DNA from: Malacoraja senta
Taxonomy: Eukaryota
Assembly (NCBI GenBank): GCA_038087875.1
Contig: CM075995.1
Coordinates: 9,550,001 to 9,614,000 of the forward strand
Length of the DNA stretch: 64,000 bases
Reading direction: 5' to 3'
Shown one piece after another: positions 34,001-49,000 of the stretch. The first letter of the stretch is position 1. Every line of letters begins with the position of its first letter. The position numbers and the translations under genes are program-made. Below the pieces are notes generated by a model. The model saw nothing but the letters and a program-made list of their open reading frames with translations, had not been told where the DNA came from and searched no databases.

Positions 34001-37000
34001 CTGATATACTAGTGGCCAGAGGATCTGGGGTGACGGAGGAACTGAAGGAAATTAACATTAGGCAGGAAATGGTGTTGGGTAGACTGATGGGACCGAAGGC
34101 TGATAAGTCCCCAGGGCCTGATGGTCTGCATCCCAGGGTACATAAGGAAGTGGCTCTAGAAATCGTGGATGCATTGGGGTACATTTTCCAATATAGATTC
34201 AGGATCAGTTCCTGTGGTTTGGAGGGTAGCTAAAGTTATCCCACTTTTTAAGAAAGGCGGGAGAGAGAAAACAGGGAATTATAGACCAGTTAGCCTGACA
34301 TCGGTAGTGGGGAAGATGCTGGAGTCAATCATAAAAGATGACATAGTAGCACATTTGAATAGTAGCAACAGGCTTGGTCCGAGTCAGCATGGATTTACGA
34401 AGGGGAAATCATGTTTGACTAATCTTCTGGAATTTTTTGATATAACTAGGAACATAGACAAGGGAGAGCCAGTTGATGCAGTGCACCTGGACTTTCAGAA
34501 AGCATATGATAAGGTCCCACATCGGAGATTAGTGGAAAAAATTATGGCACATGGTATTGGGGGGAGAGTGCTAACATGGATAGAAAATTGGTTGGCAGAC
34601 AGGAAACAAAGAGTAATGATTAACGGGTCCCTTTCAGAATGGCAGTCAGTGACTAGTGGGGTACCACAAGGCTCGGTGCTGGGACAGCAGCTATTTACAA
34701 TATACATCAATGAAGGGATTCAAAGTAACATTAGCAAATTTGCAGATAACACGAAGCTGGGTGGCAGAGTGAACTGTGAGGAGGATGCTATGAAAATGCA
34801 GGGTGGCTTGGACAGGTTGGGTGAGTGGGCAGATGCATGGCAGATGCGGTTTAATGTGGATAAATGTGAGGTTATCCACTTTGGTAGCAAATACAGGAAG
34901 GTAGATTATTATCTGATTGGTGTCAAATTGGGAAAAGGGGAAGTACAACGGGATCTGGGGATCCTTGTTCATTAGTCAATGAAAGTAAGCATGCAGGTGC
35001 AGCAGGCAATGAAGAAAGTGCATGGCATGTTGGCCTTCATTACAATAGGAGCAAATAGGTAATTCTGCAGTTGTACAGAGCCCTAGTGAGACCACACCTG
35101 GAGTATTGTGTTCCCCGCTATTGTGGGTCCCCCAATTTGAGGAAGGACATTCTTGCTATTGAGGGAGTCCAGTGTAGGTTCACAAGGTTAAATCCTCGGA
35201 TGGCGGGATTGTCATATACTGAGAGAATGGAGTGGCTGGGCTTGTATACTCTGGAATTTAGAATGATGAGAGAGGATCTTATTGAAACATATAAGATTAT
35301 TAAGGGTTTGGACACACTAGCGGCAGGAAACATGCTCTCGATGATGGGGGAGTTCAGAACCAGGGGCCACAGTTTAAGAATAAGGGGTAAGGCATTTTGA
35401 ACGGAGATGAGGAAACACTTTTTCACACAGAGAGTTATGAGTTTGTGGTATTCTCTGCCTCAGAGGGCGGGTCTCTGGATACTTACAAGAGAGAGCTATA
35501 TAGGGCTCTTAAAGATAGCGGAGTCAGGGGATATGGGGAGAAGGCAGGAACGGGGTACTGATTGTGGGTGATCTGCCATGATCACATTGAATGGCGGTGC
35601 AGGATCAAAGGGCCAAATGGGCTACTCCTTCACCTCTTGTATATTGTCTATTTAGATAGGTGCGTGGAAATGGAGGGATATGAATAATGTGCAGATGGAG
35701 GAAATTGGTTTAACTTGGTATCGTGTTCTACACAGACATTGTGGACCAAAGGGGTCTGTTCCTGTGCTGTACTGTTCTGTATTCGATGATATTAGCCTTT
35801 CCTGATGACCGGAATAGATGCTGCTTACATTGGATGGGATTTTCCGATTGTTCAGGCCTAGCTTGGACAGGGAATGTATCGGATACTGGAGACACAAGAA
35901 ATGCTGAAATCTGGAGCAGAGAATAAAGTGCTGGATGTTCTCAGCGAGTCATGCAGCTTCTGTGGAGTGACGGATAGGTGACCTTCGGGTCAAGACCTTT
36001 CTTCAGACTGATGGAGTATTGGGACGAAAGCTGGAAAAGAGAGGTGGGACTCAAAAACCTGGCATATTCCTTGGAATGAGTGGGTTAACATACGATGAGC
36101 GTTTGACAGCAATGGGCCTCCACTTACTGGAATTTAGAAGGATGAGGGGGGAACTGATTGAAACTTACACTCTATCGAAGCCTTTCACTATTCGGTATGT
36201 GGAGAGGATGTTTCCACTAGTGGGAGTGTTTAGGACCACAGGTCATAGCCTCAGAATAAAAGGACGTTCCTTTAGGAAGGAGATGAGGAGGAATTTCTTT
36301 GGTTGAAGGATGGCGAAGGGCTGGGGAGGCCGTCACTGGATATTATTGAGGCATTATTATTGATATTATAGGTACATTCTTGATTAGTACGGGTGTCGGG
36401 GGTTATGGGGAGAAGACAAGAGAATGGGGTTGAGAGGGAGAGATAGTCCAGCAATGATTGTATGGCGGTGTAGACTTGATGGGCAGAATGGCCCAAATTC
36501 ACTCCTATCACATGAACATGAAGTGATAGATGGATACAGGTGAGGGTGTTGTGGCTCATTGGCAGATGGCTGGAGTAAGTGACAAAAGGCTCAAGGTGAA
36601 AAGGAGAGAGGGAGATATCAGATACGAAGAGAAGTGTAAGGTAAAACAGAAGGGATATGGGTGGTGAGGGTCGGACGGGGAAGAGGGTGGATGAAGGGAA
36701 ATATGGGACAAGGATGGCAGACGAGTGCATTGGGGAGAGGAAAGGAGCAGGATGACTGGGTAGTGGGAAATGTTGGGGGGATTGGTTCATAATGAGTTGC
36801 GGTGGGGCGGAGAAAAAGAGAGGGGGTTGGCGGTATTACTTGAGATTGAAGAATTTAATAGACTGGGTCTGTCAAACATATCCACCAGAGTAAAGGCGTC
36901 AGAGTGTGTCGAGCGACACAGGGTACTTAGGGTAGCTAATGTTAACCCACTTTTTAAGAAAGGAGGGGAGAGAAAACAGGATTAGTCCGAGTCGGCATGG

Positions 37001-40000
37001 ATTTACGAAGGGGAAATTTTTTCTGGAATTTTTTGAGGATGTAACTAGGAAAATGGACAAGGGAGGAAAATGAAAATTGGACAATGTAGTGTACCTGGAA
37101 TTTCAGAAAGCCTTTGATAAGGTCCCACATAGGAGATTAGTGGGCAAAATAAGAGCACATTGTATTGCTTGGCAGACAGGAAACAAAATGTAGGGATTAA
37201 CGGGTCCCTTTCAGAATGGCAGGCAGTCACTCGTGGGGGCTGCAGCTATTTACAATATACATTCATGATTTAGATGTTACATGTTACATTAAGGGATTAA
37301 AAGTAACATTAGCAAATTTGCAGATGACACAAAGCTGGGTGGCATTGTGAATTGTGAGGAGGATGCTATGAGGATGCAGGGTGACTTGGACAGGTTGGGT
37401 GAGTGAGCAGGTGCATGGCAGATTTAGTTTGTCGTGGATAAATGTGAGGTTATCCACTTTGGTGGCAAGGACAGGAAGGCAGATGCTGAAGCTCTGAATG
37501 GTGTCAAGTTAGGAAAAATCTGGGTGTCCTTGTACACCAGTCACAGAAAGTAAGCATGCAGGTAGAGCAGGCAGTGAAGAAAACTAATGGCATGTTGGCC
37601 TTCCTAACAAGAGGAGTTGAGTAATGGAGCAAAGATGTCCTTCTGCAGTTGTACAGGGCCCTGGTGAGAACACACCTAGAGTATTGTGTGCAGTTTTGGT
37701 TTGCAAATTTGAGGAAGGAAATTCTTGCTATTGAGGGACTGTAGGTTCACAAGGTTAATACCCGGGATGGCGGGACTGTCATATGTTGAAAGAATGGAGC
37801 AACTGGGCTTGTATACTCTGGAATTTAGAAGGATGAGGGGGAATCTTATTGAAACATATGATTATTAAAGGGTTGGTCGCTCTAGAGGCAGGAAACATGT
37901 TCCCGATGTTGGGGAAGTCCAGAACCAGGGGCCACAGATTAAGAATAAGGGGTAAGTCATTTAGAATGTAGATGAGGAAAAGCTTTTTCATGCAGAGAGT
38001 TACGAATCTGTTGTATTCTCTGACTCAGAAGGCTGTGGAGGCCAATTCTCTGGAAGCTTTCAAGAGAGAGTTAGATAGAGCTCTCAAAGATTGCGGAGTC
38101 AAGGGATATGGGAAGAAGGCAGGAACGGGGGTACTGATTGTGGATGATCAGCCATGATCACAGTGAATGGCGGTGCTGGCTCAGAGGGCCGAATGGCCTA
38201 CTCCTGCACCTATTGTCTATTGAGAGTGAGAACGTATTCCACCGTATATACAATAGGCGAATCAAGAATGACTACTTCCCAACAACCTTGAACACAATAC
38301 AATACGAACCTCAACTATGGATATGATCTATGGATTGTTTTATGTTGCTCTGAGAACATGTAATGGGGTTAGTGATTCACTGATTTTTTGTTTTTATTAT
38401 ATATTTTGTCTGTTATATATTATCCGAGTTGTGTTTACAGACCTGTTACGTTGAGTTTAGTTTATTGTCATGTGTACCGAGATACAGTGAAATGCTGCGT
38501 CCCAACCAGTTAGCAGAATTCCAATCGAGTCATCCACAGTGTACAGATACATGTCAAGGGCATCATGTGAATAATAGAAACATAGAAAATAGGTGCAGGA
38601 GGAGGCCATTTGGCCCTTCGAGCCAGCACCGCCATTCATTGTGATCATGGCTAATCGTCCCCAATCAATAACCCGTACCTGCCTTCTCCCCATAACACTT
38701 GATTCCACCAGCCCCTAGAGCTCTATCTAACTCTCTCTTAAATCCATCCAGTGATTTGGCCTCCACTGCCCTCTGTGGCATGGAATTCCACAAATTCACG
38801 ACTCTCTGGGTGAAAACGTTCTTTATGACCTCAGTCTTAAATGGCCTCCCCTTTAATGTAAGACTGTGGCCCCTGGTTCTGGACTCGCCCAACATTGGGA
38901 ACATTTTACCTGCATCTAGCTTGTCCAGTCCTTTTATAATTTTATATGTTTCTATAAGATTTCCCCTCATCCTTCTAAACTCTAGTGAATACAAGCCTAG
39001 TCTCTTCAATCTTTCCTCATATGACAGTCCCGCCATACCAGGGATCAATCTCATATACCTACGCTGCACTGCCTCATTCACAAGGATGTCCTTCCTCAAA
39101 TTAGGAGACCAAAACTGTACACAATACTCCAGATGTCTTACCAGAGCCCTATAGAACTGCAGAAGAACCTCTCTACTCCTATACTGAAATCCTCTTGTTA
39201 TGAAGGCCAACATTCCATTAGCTTTCTTCACTGCCTTCTGTACCTGCACGCCAACTTTCGGTGACCAGTGTATAAGGACACCCAGGTCTCGCTGTAACTC
39301 CCCCATACCTAGCCTAACCCCATTGAGATAATACCTAACCCCATTGCGATAATAATGCAAGAAAGAGCCAGTAAAGTCCGATCAAAGATAGTTTGAGGGA
39401 TATATAGTAGTTCAGGACTGCTATTTAGTTGTGGTTGTATGTTTCAGTTGCCTGATAACAGCGAGGAAGAAACTCTCCCTTAATCTGTAGGTGTGTGTTT
39501 TCACTCTTCTATACCTTTTCCCCCGATGGGACAGGGGTTATATGGCTGTAAATGAGAATTTAATTGTTCTGTTTGTGGTACATATGGCAATGAAACACTC
39601 TGGACACTTACCTGCTGGAGTCAGGGTCCTTCCAAAGACCTGAACCTCACATAAACTCAGGATTTTTCTACTTCCTTTGAGAAAGATGTTCACATATCGA
39701 CCCCTGAATCCATTGCAGAAGATCCGGTTCCATGCCCCAACTGTAATGATGTATCCACATCTGGATGAAACCGAAACATAAAGTTATCATGAAGGATAAC
39801 ATCAACCAAGTTTCAAGCATGGTGTCAGGAATGTGGGCAGTGACAAACTGCCTCTCTCACCACGAACATAAGATGTTTGTCGCCACAAAAGGCTTTTGGC
39901 ACGGTGGCCATCATCAGTCAGGATAATGAGTATGTAAATCGGGATAGATGGCTCGATTGTATCATGTATTGGCTTTCCGCCCACTGGTTAGTGAACCTTT

Positions 40001-43000
40001 CGTTGTACCTCGGTTCACTTTAAATTAAACAACAAAACAGATGTAAAAGATGTGTGTGAGACTGTACCAATAAATATTGGGTTGAGGTTGAGAAAGTAAG
40101 ATGTCAGCGAGAGGCACGGCAGAGCAGAGAGAAAGCTCCCGGCGGCCACCACAAAGGTGCAGAAGGTGAGGGCTGCGGAGCCGAGAGCTGGTTGGACCGA
40201 GGACAGGCCGTGGAGAGGAGTGACAGGTCGGGTAACGGATGGGTTGCGAAGAGGAGAGGTGGACGGGTCGAGGAAGTACTGCGGAGAGAACATAGAGGGA
40301 ACAATGTGACTTGCAGTGAGATAAGCCCTTTACAAAGGTATTCCCAGAATGCAGGAACTCCTCGCGACCATGAAGGAGACTTACCAGAGACCACCAGCGA
40401 ACATGTGGCTATCATGTGGCGATCATATGGCGAGCACAGAGTCTCCTGCACTCGCCTAAAAAGTTGCCTAAGTGGGACAGGCCCTTGAAAAAATGTCGCG
40501 ACACCTGAGGAAACACCACGCATCCATATGTCATCACATCGCGTCACGTCGCGACTGTTTCGGTGACCTGATACATCACAATGTTGCGGGCAGTCGCTGA
40601 GTGGGACAGGTCCTAAACTGAACCGTGCGTGCAATCACCACAAGACCAGTGGGCAAAGATGAAATGAAGAATTGCCGCGCAATACTCACTCACTGTTGGA
40701 GTTCCCGTTATTTCGCTCCACCGAATCCCCAATGTGGACCTCTGCTTTCCGGATCCAAAACCAGAACACTGGCATTCTGTTGTGGATTGTTACATAAGAT
40801 ATGAAATAGGTTTGTCCCAGATCGACCCTCCACCAGGGGTCAGTACTCATACTTGTTCGGGTACAGTAACTCGGGTCCGGGGAGAAATTGCCGTCAATGG
40901 CTTTGCCGGCAATTCCGTTGAATCGGTAATGCAGGCTGGATTGTGTTGCCGTTCCCCGCAAAGCCAAGTTTTCTGTTTAGTGAGAAAGTAATTCAAGTAT
41001 CAACAAAGGTTCAACCTCACGCCACTGCATCTGTCCCTTGCCCTACCATCTTCTTCCACTGGGAGTACAGCAGTGTCATGTGACCCAACTACTCGATACC
41101 CTTCCCAATGGAGCAAGGCCGCCAAACGGCTTCTTCATTACCAAGGCTACATAACTCACCACTTTATGCAACCATGCACCTGTACTCCCAGATCTCTGTT
41201 TTGCACATCTCACCAAGTGCTCTAATATTTAATGTGTAGGCCCTGCCCTCGTTTGACATAGCAAAGTGCAACACCTCACACTTGTCAGTGTAAATTCCAT
41301 TTTCCATTCCTTGATCCACCTTCTCACATGATCTTAATTTTGCTGTTAATGTATAGTCATAATTGAAAGAGGCCCTTCACCCCAACTCGCCCATTCTGAC
41401 AGATGCCCTATCTAAGCTCATCCTATTTGTCCACATTTGGCATATCTCCCTCTAAATCTTGCCTATCCATGCACACTATCCGTCCATTGCTTTTGAATGT
41501 AGTTATTGTACCTTCTTCAACTACCTCCTCTTGCCAGCTTATTTCATATATACATAGCATCCACTCTCTACGTGAAAAGGTTACCACTCAGGTTCTTAAA
41601 TTATGCCCCTTTCACCTGTAAACCCAGTTCCACAGGTTCGATTCCTCTACTCTGTGTAAAAAGCCTGTACATTCACTGTCTATTATACACAGGAGTTTAA
41701 ATACCTCTCTAAGGTGACCCTCTTCATAGACTCCTGCGTTCCAAGCACCAGAATCCTAGCCTGCCCAAACCCTCTCTTGTAGCTCAGGCTCTCATGGCCT
41801 GGCAGCATCCTTGAAAATCTACTCTGCACTCATTTCAGCATAATGACATTCTTACTGTAGAAGGGTGACCAAAACTGAACAAAATACTTCAAAATACAGA
41901 CTCACCAACTTCTTGTATAAGTGGAACAGAATGTCCTAACTTCTATAATCAAATTGCTAACGGATACGATATGATATTATACGTTTGAGCTTTATTGTTC
42001 CCGGGAGGGATATTAGTTTACCAACAATCATAAAACCAAACAAGATATCTGAAACCTAAAATTAAAGTGAGGAATGGAAAGTCCAGGATTGGGGATCTGC
42101 AAAGATTAGGAAAGGAGGGGGGATCAGTCGACCCCATAACAGAAGGGGGAGGAGTTGTACAGATTGATAGCCACAGGGGGAAAAAGCAAGTCCTGTGGCA
42201 TTCTGTGCTGCATCTTTGTGCATTGAGTCTGTTGCTGAAGGTGCTCCTCAGGTTAACCAGTACATTATAGATGGGGTGAGCTGTATTGTCCAAGATGCTC
42301 TGCAATTTCCCCACCAAGATCACCTCCAGTGAATCCAACTCCACCTCCAGGATGGAGCCAGCCTTCCTGATGAGCTTTTTAATTCTGTTGGTGTCTGCAG
42401 ACTTCGCCCTGCTGACCCAGCACACGACAGGGAAGATGGCACTGGCCGCCACCGTTTGATAGAACATCTGCAGCATCTTACTGAAGACGTTGAAAGAGCT
42501 GAGCCGCCTCAGAAAGTACAGATGGCTCTGTCCCTTCTTATACAGCGCCACAGAGCCCCAAGCCCAATGTACCAACAGCCTTCTTTACCACCATATATAC
42601 CTGTACTACCTATATACCTATATACTTGCCCACCATTCTCCTGTATGTGACCTTATCAATGGTTTTCTGAAAGTCCAGACACACTACTTCTATTGGCTCT
42701 CCTTCATCCATTTTATTTGTAACATCCTTAAACTCCAGATTAGTCAACCAGGATTTCCCCTTCATAAATCCATGCTGACTTGGACAGATTCTGTCACTGC
42801 TTTCCAAATGCGCCGTTATTAATTATCTTTAATAAGTGACTCCAGTATCTTCCCCACCACCGATGTCAGGCTAACTGGTCTATAATTCCCCGTTTCTCTC
42901 TAGCTCCTTTCATGAAACACGGGATAACATTAGCTACCCTCCAATCCACAGGAACTGATCCTGAATCTAAAGAACATTGGAAAATGATCACCAATGCATC

Positions 43001-46000
43001 CATGATTTCTAGAGCCACCTCCTTGAGTACACTGGGATGCAGACCATCATGCCCTGGGGATTTATCAGCCTTCAGTCCCATCAGTCTACCCAATACTATT
43101 TCTCACCTAATGCAAATTTCTTTCAGTTCCTGTCTCCCTAAATCCTCTGATATCTAGTACATCTGGGAGATTGTTTGCGTCTTCATGTGAAGACAGAACC
43201 AAAGTGCCTGTTCAACTCTTCTGCCATTTTCTTGTCCCCATAATAATTTTAACCTGTTTCTGCTTTCAAGGGACCCACATTTGTCTTTTTCTAATCTTTT
43301 TCTCAACATACCGAAAGAAGCTTTTACTAACCTTGTTTATATTCTTGGCCGGCTTCCCCTCGTACTTCATATTTTCACCTCGTATTGCCCTTTGTGTTAC
43401 CTTCTGTTTGAAAGTTTCACAATCCTCTGGCTTCCTGCTATTCTTTGCAATGTTATACACCTTTTCTTTTAATTTTATTCCATCCCTAACTTCCTTTGTC
43501 AGCCACGGTTGCCTCTTACTCCCCTTAGAATCTTTCTTACTCTTTGGAATTAAATGATCCTGCATCTTCTGTATTATGCCCAGAAATTCCTGCCATTGCT
43601 GTTCCACCATCATTCCTGCTAGGATCCTTTTCCTATTCACCTTGGCCAGTTCCTCTCTCATGCCTTCATGGTCCCCTTTGTTCAACTGCAACACTGACTT
43701 CTGATTTAACCTTCTCCCTCTCAAATTGCAGATTAAAAGTCATATTATGGTCACTACCTAGCAGTTCCTTTACCTCGAGTTCCCTTATTAAATCTGATTA
43801 ATTAGACAACACTAAATCAAGAATTGCCTTATCTCTGGTAGGCACCAGTACAAACTGCTGTAAGAATCCATCTCGGACACACTCTACAAACTCCAATTCT
43901 TGAGGTCCAGAACCAAACCTGATTTTCCCAGTCTACCTGCAGAGTGAAATCTCCCATAACCACAGTGGCATTACATTTGTTACATGCCAATTTTAATTCC
44001 TGCTGCAACTTGCACCCTATATCCAGGCTACCGTTTGGGGGCCTGTAGATAACTCCCATATAGAGCTTTCTGTCCCGTTAATTCTGGGTTTTTTCTTAAC
44101 TTTTCCTATACTCTCCCTTTAACTCTATCCTTGTATTTCCAATTTGTCTCACCCCCCCCCCACTGCTGACTATATGCGGGCCAATTGCATCACTCCCTAC
44201 AAGGTGATCATTCATTTTTATTTCTCAGCTCCACCCATACAGCTTCACAGAACAGACCATTAGGAATGTCATCTTGGACGATTGGCATGAGGTTCTCCTT
44301 ACCAATAAACCAACTCTCCTTCCTCTTTTTTTCCCTCACCTCTATCCCGACTGCAGCACCTAGGCCCTGGAACATTACCCTGGCATTCTTGTGCTCCTCT
44401 CAGCCGGGTATCCATAATGGCTGTGACGACCTAGTTACACATACTGATCCACACCCCGAGTTCATCCACATTTCCCTAGGCCTCTCAAACTAAAATAGGT
44501 GCAAGTTAGTCCACACTTCTCCCAACCATGCTCATGCCTATCCTGTCTACAGAAGTTTTCATTGATTTCCAGCCTCTCTCTCATCTTACAACTGCATTGC
44601 TTCATCCCTCTGCCAATCTAGTTTAAACCATCCTGAGTAGCACTTGTAAACCTGCCTGCCAGGATATTGTTTCCCCTTCAGTCCAGCTGCCAACATCCCT
44701 CTTGTACAGGACACCTCTGTCCCAGAAGAGATTCCAATGGACCAAATATCCCGGGCCCCGACACCAATTCCTCAGCCAGATAATCACGTCCTGTCTTTCT
44801 GTTCCTAACCTCATTAGCACGTGGCACCTGGAGGAATCATGAGATTACTATCCTCCAGCTCCTGCTTTTTAACTTTTGCCCAACTCACTGTATTCTATCT
44901 GCAGGACTTCACCCCTTTCATTACCAATGTCATTTATGCCAAATTGTGGATAGTGAGGAAGATATCCTTCCAAAGTGACCACTCACTATATATGTGTCAA
45001 CTGCAAATTTATTTACAATATTTACTGGAGAAATTGGCAGATGGAATGGCAGATTAACGGCGGTTTAATCCAAACAAGTGTGAGATGTTGTACCTTGGGA
45101 GGTCGAATGGAAACAAAGTATACAATTAACGGAAAGAACTAGAATAGCATTAATAAATAGAGGGATCTTGGGGTCCATGTCCATAATCGCCTGAAAGAGA
45201 CAACACAAATAGATAGAGTGGTGAAGAAGGTATATGGTATGTTAGGCTTCACTGGATGGGGCACTGTGTATAAAGAGATAGGAATGTTATAATGCAGCTT
45301 TATATGACTTTGTTTGTGCCAAATTGGGTATACTCCATGTATACTGCACTGGGCGGTGCCAGCAATGGCCACCTTGCCAACAGTCTGTCTGTCCCTTCCT
45401 TCTTTTGTTGTTGGTTTGTATCTGTTAAATGTATGTTTTAGTGTTCTAAAGCTTGTTTTATGTGGTGGGTGGGGGTTTGGGGGAATCTTTTTCTAATCTC
45501 TTACCTCATCGGAGATGCAATTTTTTTTCTGTATCGTATCCCAGTCCGCACTACGGCCTAACATCAAGTAGTGGGCGGCCTTTGCTGGAGACCGACTTCG
45601 GGTGCTTCACCACGGGAAGCCTGCAGACTTACCATCGTGGAGCCACGATCCCTTTGCCTGGGATTGACCTCTGAGCTCAACTGCAGGAGTCTGTGGACTT
45701 TAACATCGTGGTGTTCGCGGGCTCTGGTCAGAGACCGACTTCGGGAGCTCCTAGCCGCAGGAGCTTCGATTTCCGGATGCGGGAGTATCGATCGCTCTGA
45801 CGCAGGAGCTTCGATTGCCCCAACGCAGGAGCTTCGATTGCCGGATGCGGGAGCTTCGATCGCCCCGACGGCCGGTGGTTCAACTGCCCCGACCGTGGGA
45901 GAATAAAGAAGAAGCATATATATATACTTTATTGCCTTCCATCACAGTGAAGAATGTGGGGAATCCTCTGCGATGGATGTTTATGTTAACTTTTATGTCA

Positions 46001-49000
46001 TTGTGTATGCACGCAAAGAATCGTACTGTGCCTAGTCACATGTGACAATACAGTATTCCTATTCCTATTCCTAAATTGTTAATATAATTACAAATAACCG
46101 TGGACCCAGCTCCAACCTCTGCGGCACTCCACTGGTCACAGATTTCCAATTAGCAAATCATCCCTCCACCACAACCCTTTGACACCTTCCTCTGAGCCAA
46201 TGTTGAGTATAATTGGTACGCTCACACTGGATTCCAATATGATCTAACCTCCAGACTAGCCTACTGTACGGGAATTTGTCAAAGGCTTTGATAAAGTCAT
46301 GTAGACACTGCCCTGCCCTCATCAGAGGTGACCTTTTCAAAAAACTGTTAGATTCATGAGACAGAATTTCCCACGCACAAAACCACGCTGACTCTCTCTA
46401 ATCTGTTAGTCCCTATCCAAATGCTGCCAGATGCTGTCCCTCAGAGTCCACTCCAATTAACTGTCCCACTATGACACCAGGCTCACGGACGAAAACTAGA
46501 AGGCAGAGGTTTCAGGCAAGAGGGAAAATGTTTAATAGAAACCTGAGGGGATAATTTTTCACACAGAATGGTTAGTATATGGAGCGAGCTGCCAAAGAAA
46601 GTTGTTGCGGCAGGTGAAATAACAATAATAATAAGAGAGTCAGATAAGAGAGTGGAAGTTAGTGGAGTGGTTATTACCAAGGAGAAGGGAAGCTTGGGAA
46701 GCTGAAAGGGATGAAGGTGGATAAGTCAGCTGGAGTGAATGGATTGCACCATAGGGTTATTAAAGAGGGGTCTTTAGAGATTGTGGAGGCATTTACAGTG
46801 ATATTTCAAGAATCATTAGACTCAGGAGTGGCTCCAGATGATTGGGAAATTGCCAATATTATCCCGCTGCACAAGAAGGGAGAAAAGCAGACTCGTGGGA
46901 ACTATAGGCAGGTTAGCCTGACTTTGGTGGTTGATATGATTTTGGAGTCCGTTATAAAAGATGAGGTGATGGAGTACTTTGAAATTCACGAGAAAATAGG
47001 CTTTTGTGACAAATTTCCTGTAATTCTTTGAAGAATTAAACAGCAGGACACACAAAGCAAATCAGTAGATGTTGTTTACCTAGATTTACAGAAAGCCACA
47101 CGTGAGGCTGCTAAGTAAGATGAGAGCCCACGGTATCAAAGGGCAGACACCAGCATGGATATCAGGTTGGCTGGATGGCAAAAGACAAAGTGTAGCAATA
47201 AAGGGGGCTTTTTCTGGTTGGCTGCCATTGACTGGCGGAGTTCCGCAGGGCTGGGGACGCTGTTCTTCATGTTGTATATTAATGATTTGGATGAGGGGAT
47301 TGAAGGCTTTGTGTCCAAGTGTGCGGATGATACGAAAATAGGCGGAGGGGCAGGTAGTGTAGAGAAAGGAGGGACTCTGCAAAAGGTGTTTATTACAATC
47401 GAACCAGGGCCTCTGGTGCTGTACGGCAGCAGTTCTACCAGCCATGCCACTGTATCTTGCAATGTTACAAAATTTTGAGATTTTAAAAATAAAGTCTGCA
47501 ATTTATCCCATCAGATAAAGCATAAAAAGAAGTTTAATTTGACACATAATTCACTTTCATATCTTCAGTATTAAAGAAGTTATGGCCATTTTCATACTCG
47601 GAAATTAGCATCTTGTTCCCTATTGCTTTTCCATTGACTTAACACGAAAGCTGTGATCGAGGACAGTTAAAAGCCCATAACTTTCTTAAAAATTAAGATA
47701 ACTGAAAGAAATTTTCAGTTATTATAGATTGAAGCATTCTGAAACAAATATGAAACAATCTTACTTAGAAGACATGAAAGTAAAGCATATAATTAGTTAG
47801 TTACTTAATTGTAGCTAATTACAAAATTCAATTACTAGATCTAAACATCTATCAATTTCTTAAGAATAGATTAACATTTTTAAATAGCCTAAGTGTCCAA
47901 ATAACATTCACACAATAATTCACAATATAACATAATTTTTAAATCATATTTTCATGAATTTACAGGCCAAATGGAAGGAATTGAATGTTTAATACCTGTA
48001 AATTAATGGGCATTTAAATCATCTTGTGAGTGAGGATTTTCTGGAACGCGATCTTTTGGAACGTTGATTTGCGGTGAATTTAACCCCGTATTGGCATGAA
48101 AAATACTGCCGTTAATTCGGGGAATAAAATCACCGTGTCGCATGAAAAAATGTGAATTAAAGGCTTCTTAAGAAGCACTTTTATACATTTAAAGAAACCA
48201 CTTTCGTTTACCTGTCCGGTGTGTGAAATCCGTCCCCGTTATCGGCATTGACGCTTCAGGAGCTGCTTTTAAAATTACTCCAGCGCTGACATTGACGATT
48301 TAATAAAAATAAAAAATACACAAAATGCCACTAGGAACGATTCTTCAGCCAACGCTTGTACTCCAACAAAATATTAACCAGGACAAGGGAGGAGAAACCC
48401 GCGTTTTAACCCCGCCCCCCCTTAAAGGCGCCAAAATCGCGCACACGGCCAGTGGCAGAATTACAGCGTGACTGAAGGTAAGTTTTGTAACATACCTACT
48501 GTATCTTCAAAAGCATTTCACCGAGTATGAAATGCTACTGGAAGTCCTGTGGCTGTGTGTTTGCACTGCTCTCTCTGACTTGGATTATCAGGCAATGTAG
48601 GTGAGGGTGTCTCCCTGACTGATGGTGTGAATACACACACCAGAACGGGCTGAGTACCAGTGCTACTCACCATAATGAGGATCAGTGAATATTCCAAACA
48701 CGCAGGTCAATGCGAGCAGGCAAAGCAGAGCGATGCTGTGGGGGAAGAATCAACACGATCAAAATGTGGTGCTGCTGGGTCAGCAATACCTGCAGTCACC
48801 TCCAGTTGGAGACGAGATTCACCAGGATGTTAACTGGGCAGTGGGCTTGAGTTCTAGGGAGAGGTTAGAAGGGTCAGGACTTTATTCTTTGGTGTGTAGG
48901 AGACTGAGGGGTGACCTTGTTGAGGTGTACAATATCATAATGGGCATGGATAAAATAAACTCAGTCATTTCCCAGGGTAGAGCATTCTAACACGAGAGAG

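Noticed and set aside
40686..40967. ORF-track 93-aa protein starting at TTG as a stand-alone gene
   Set aside because: It is an internal exon bounded by AG/GT; the start codon and signal peptide are in upstream exons.
47395..47453. tRNA gene
   Set aside because: Only A/B-box-like remnants are present, with no cloverleaf; this fits a SINE head.
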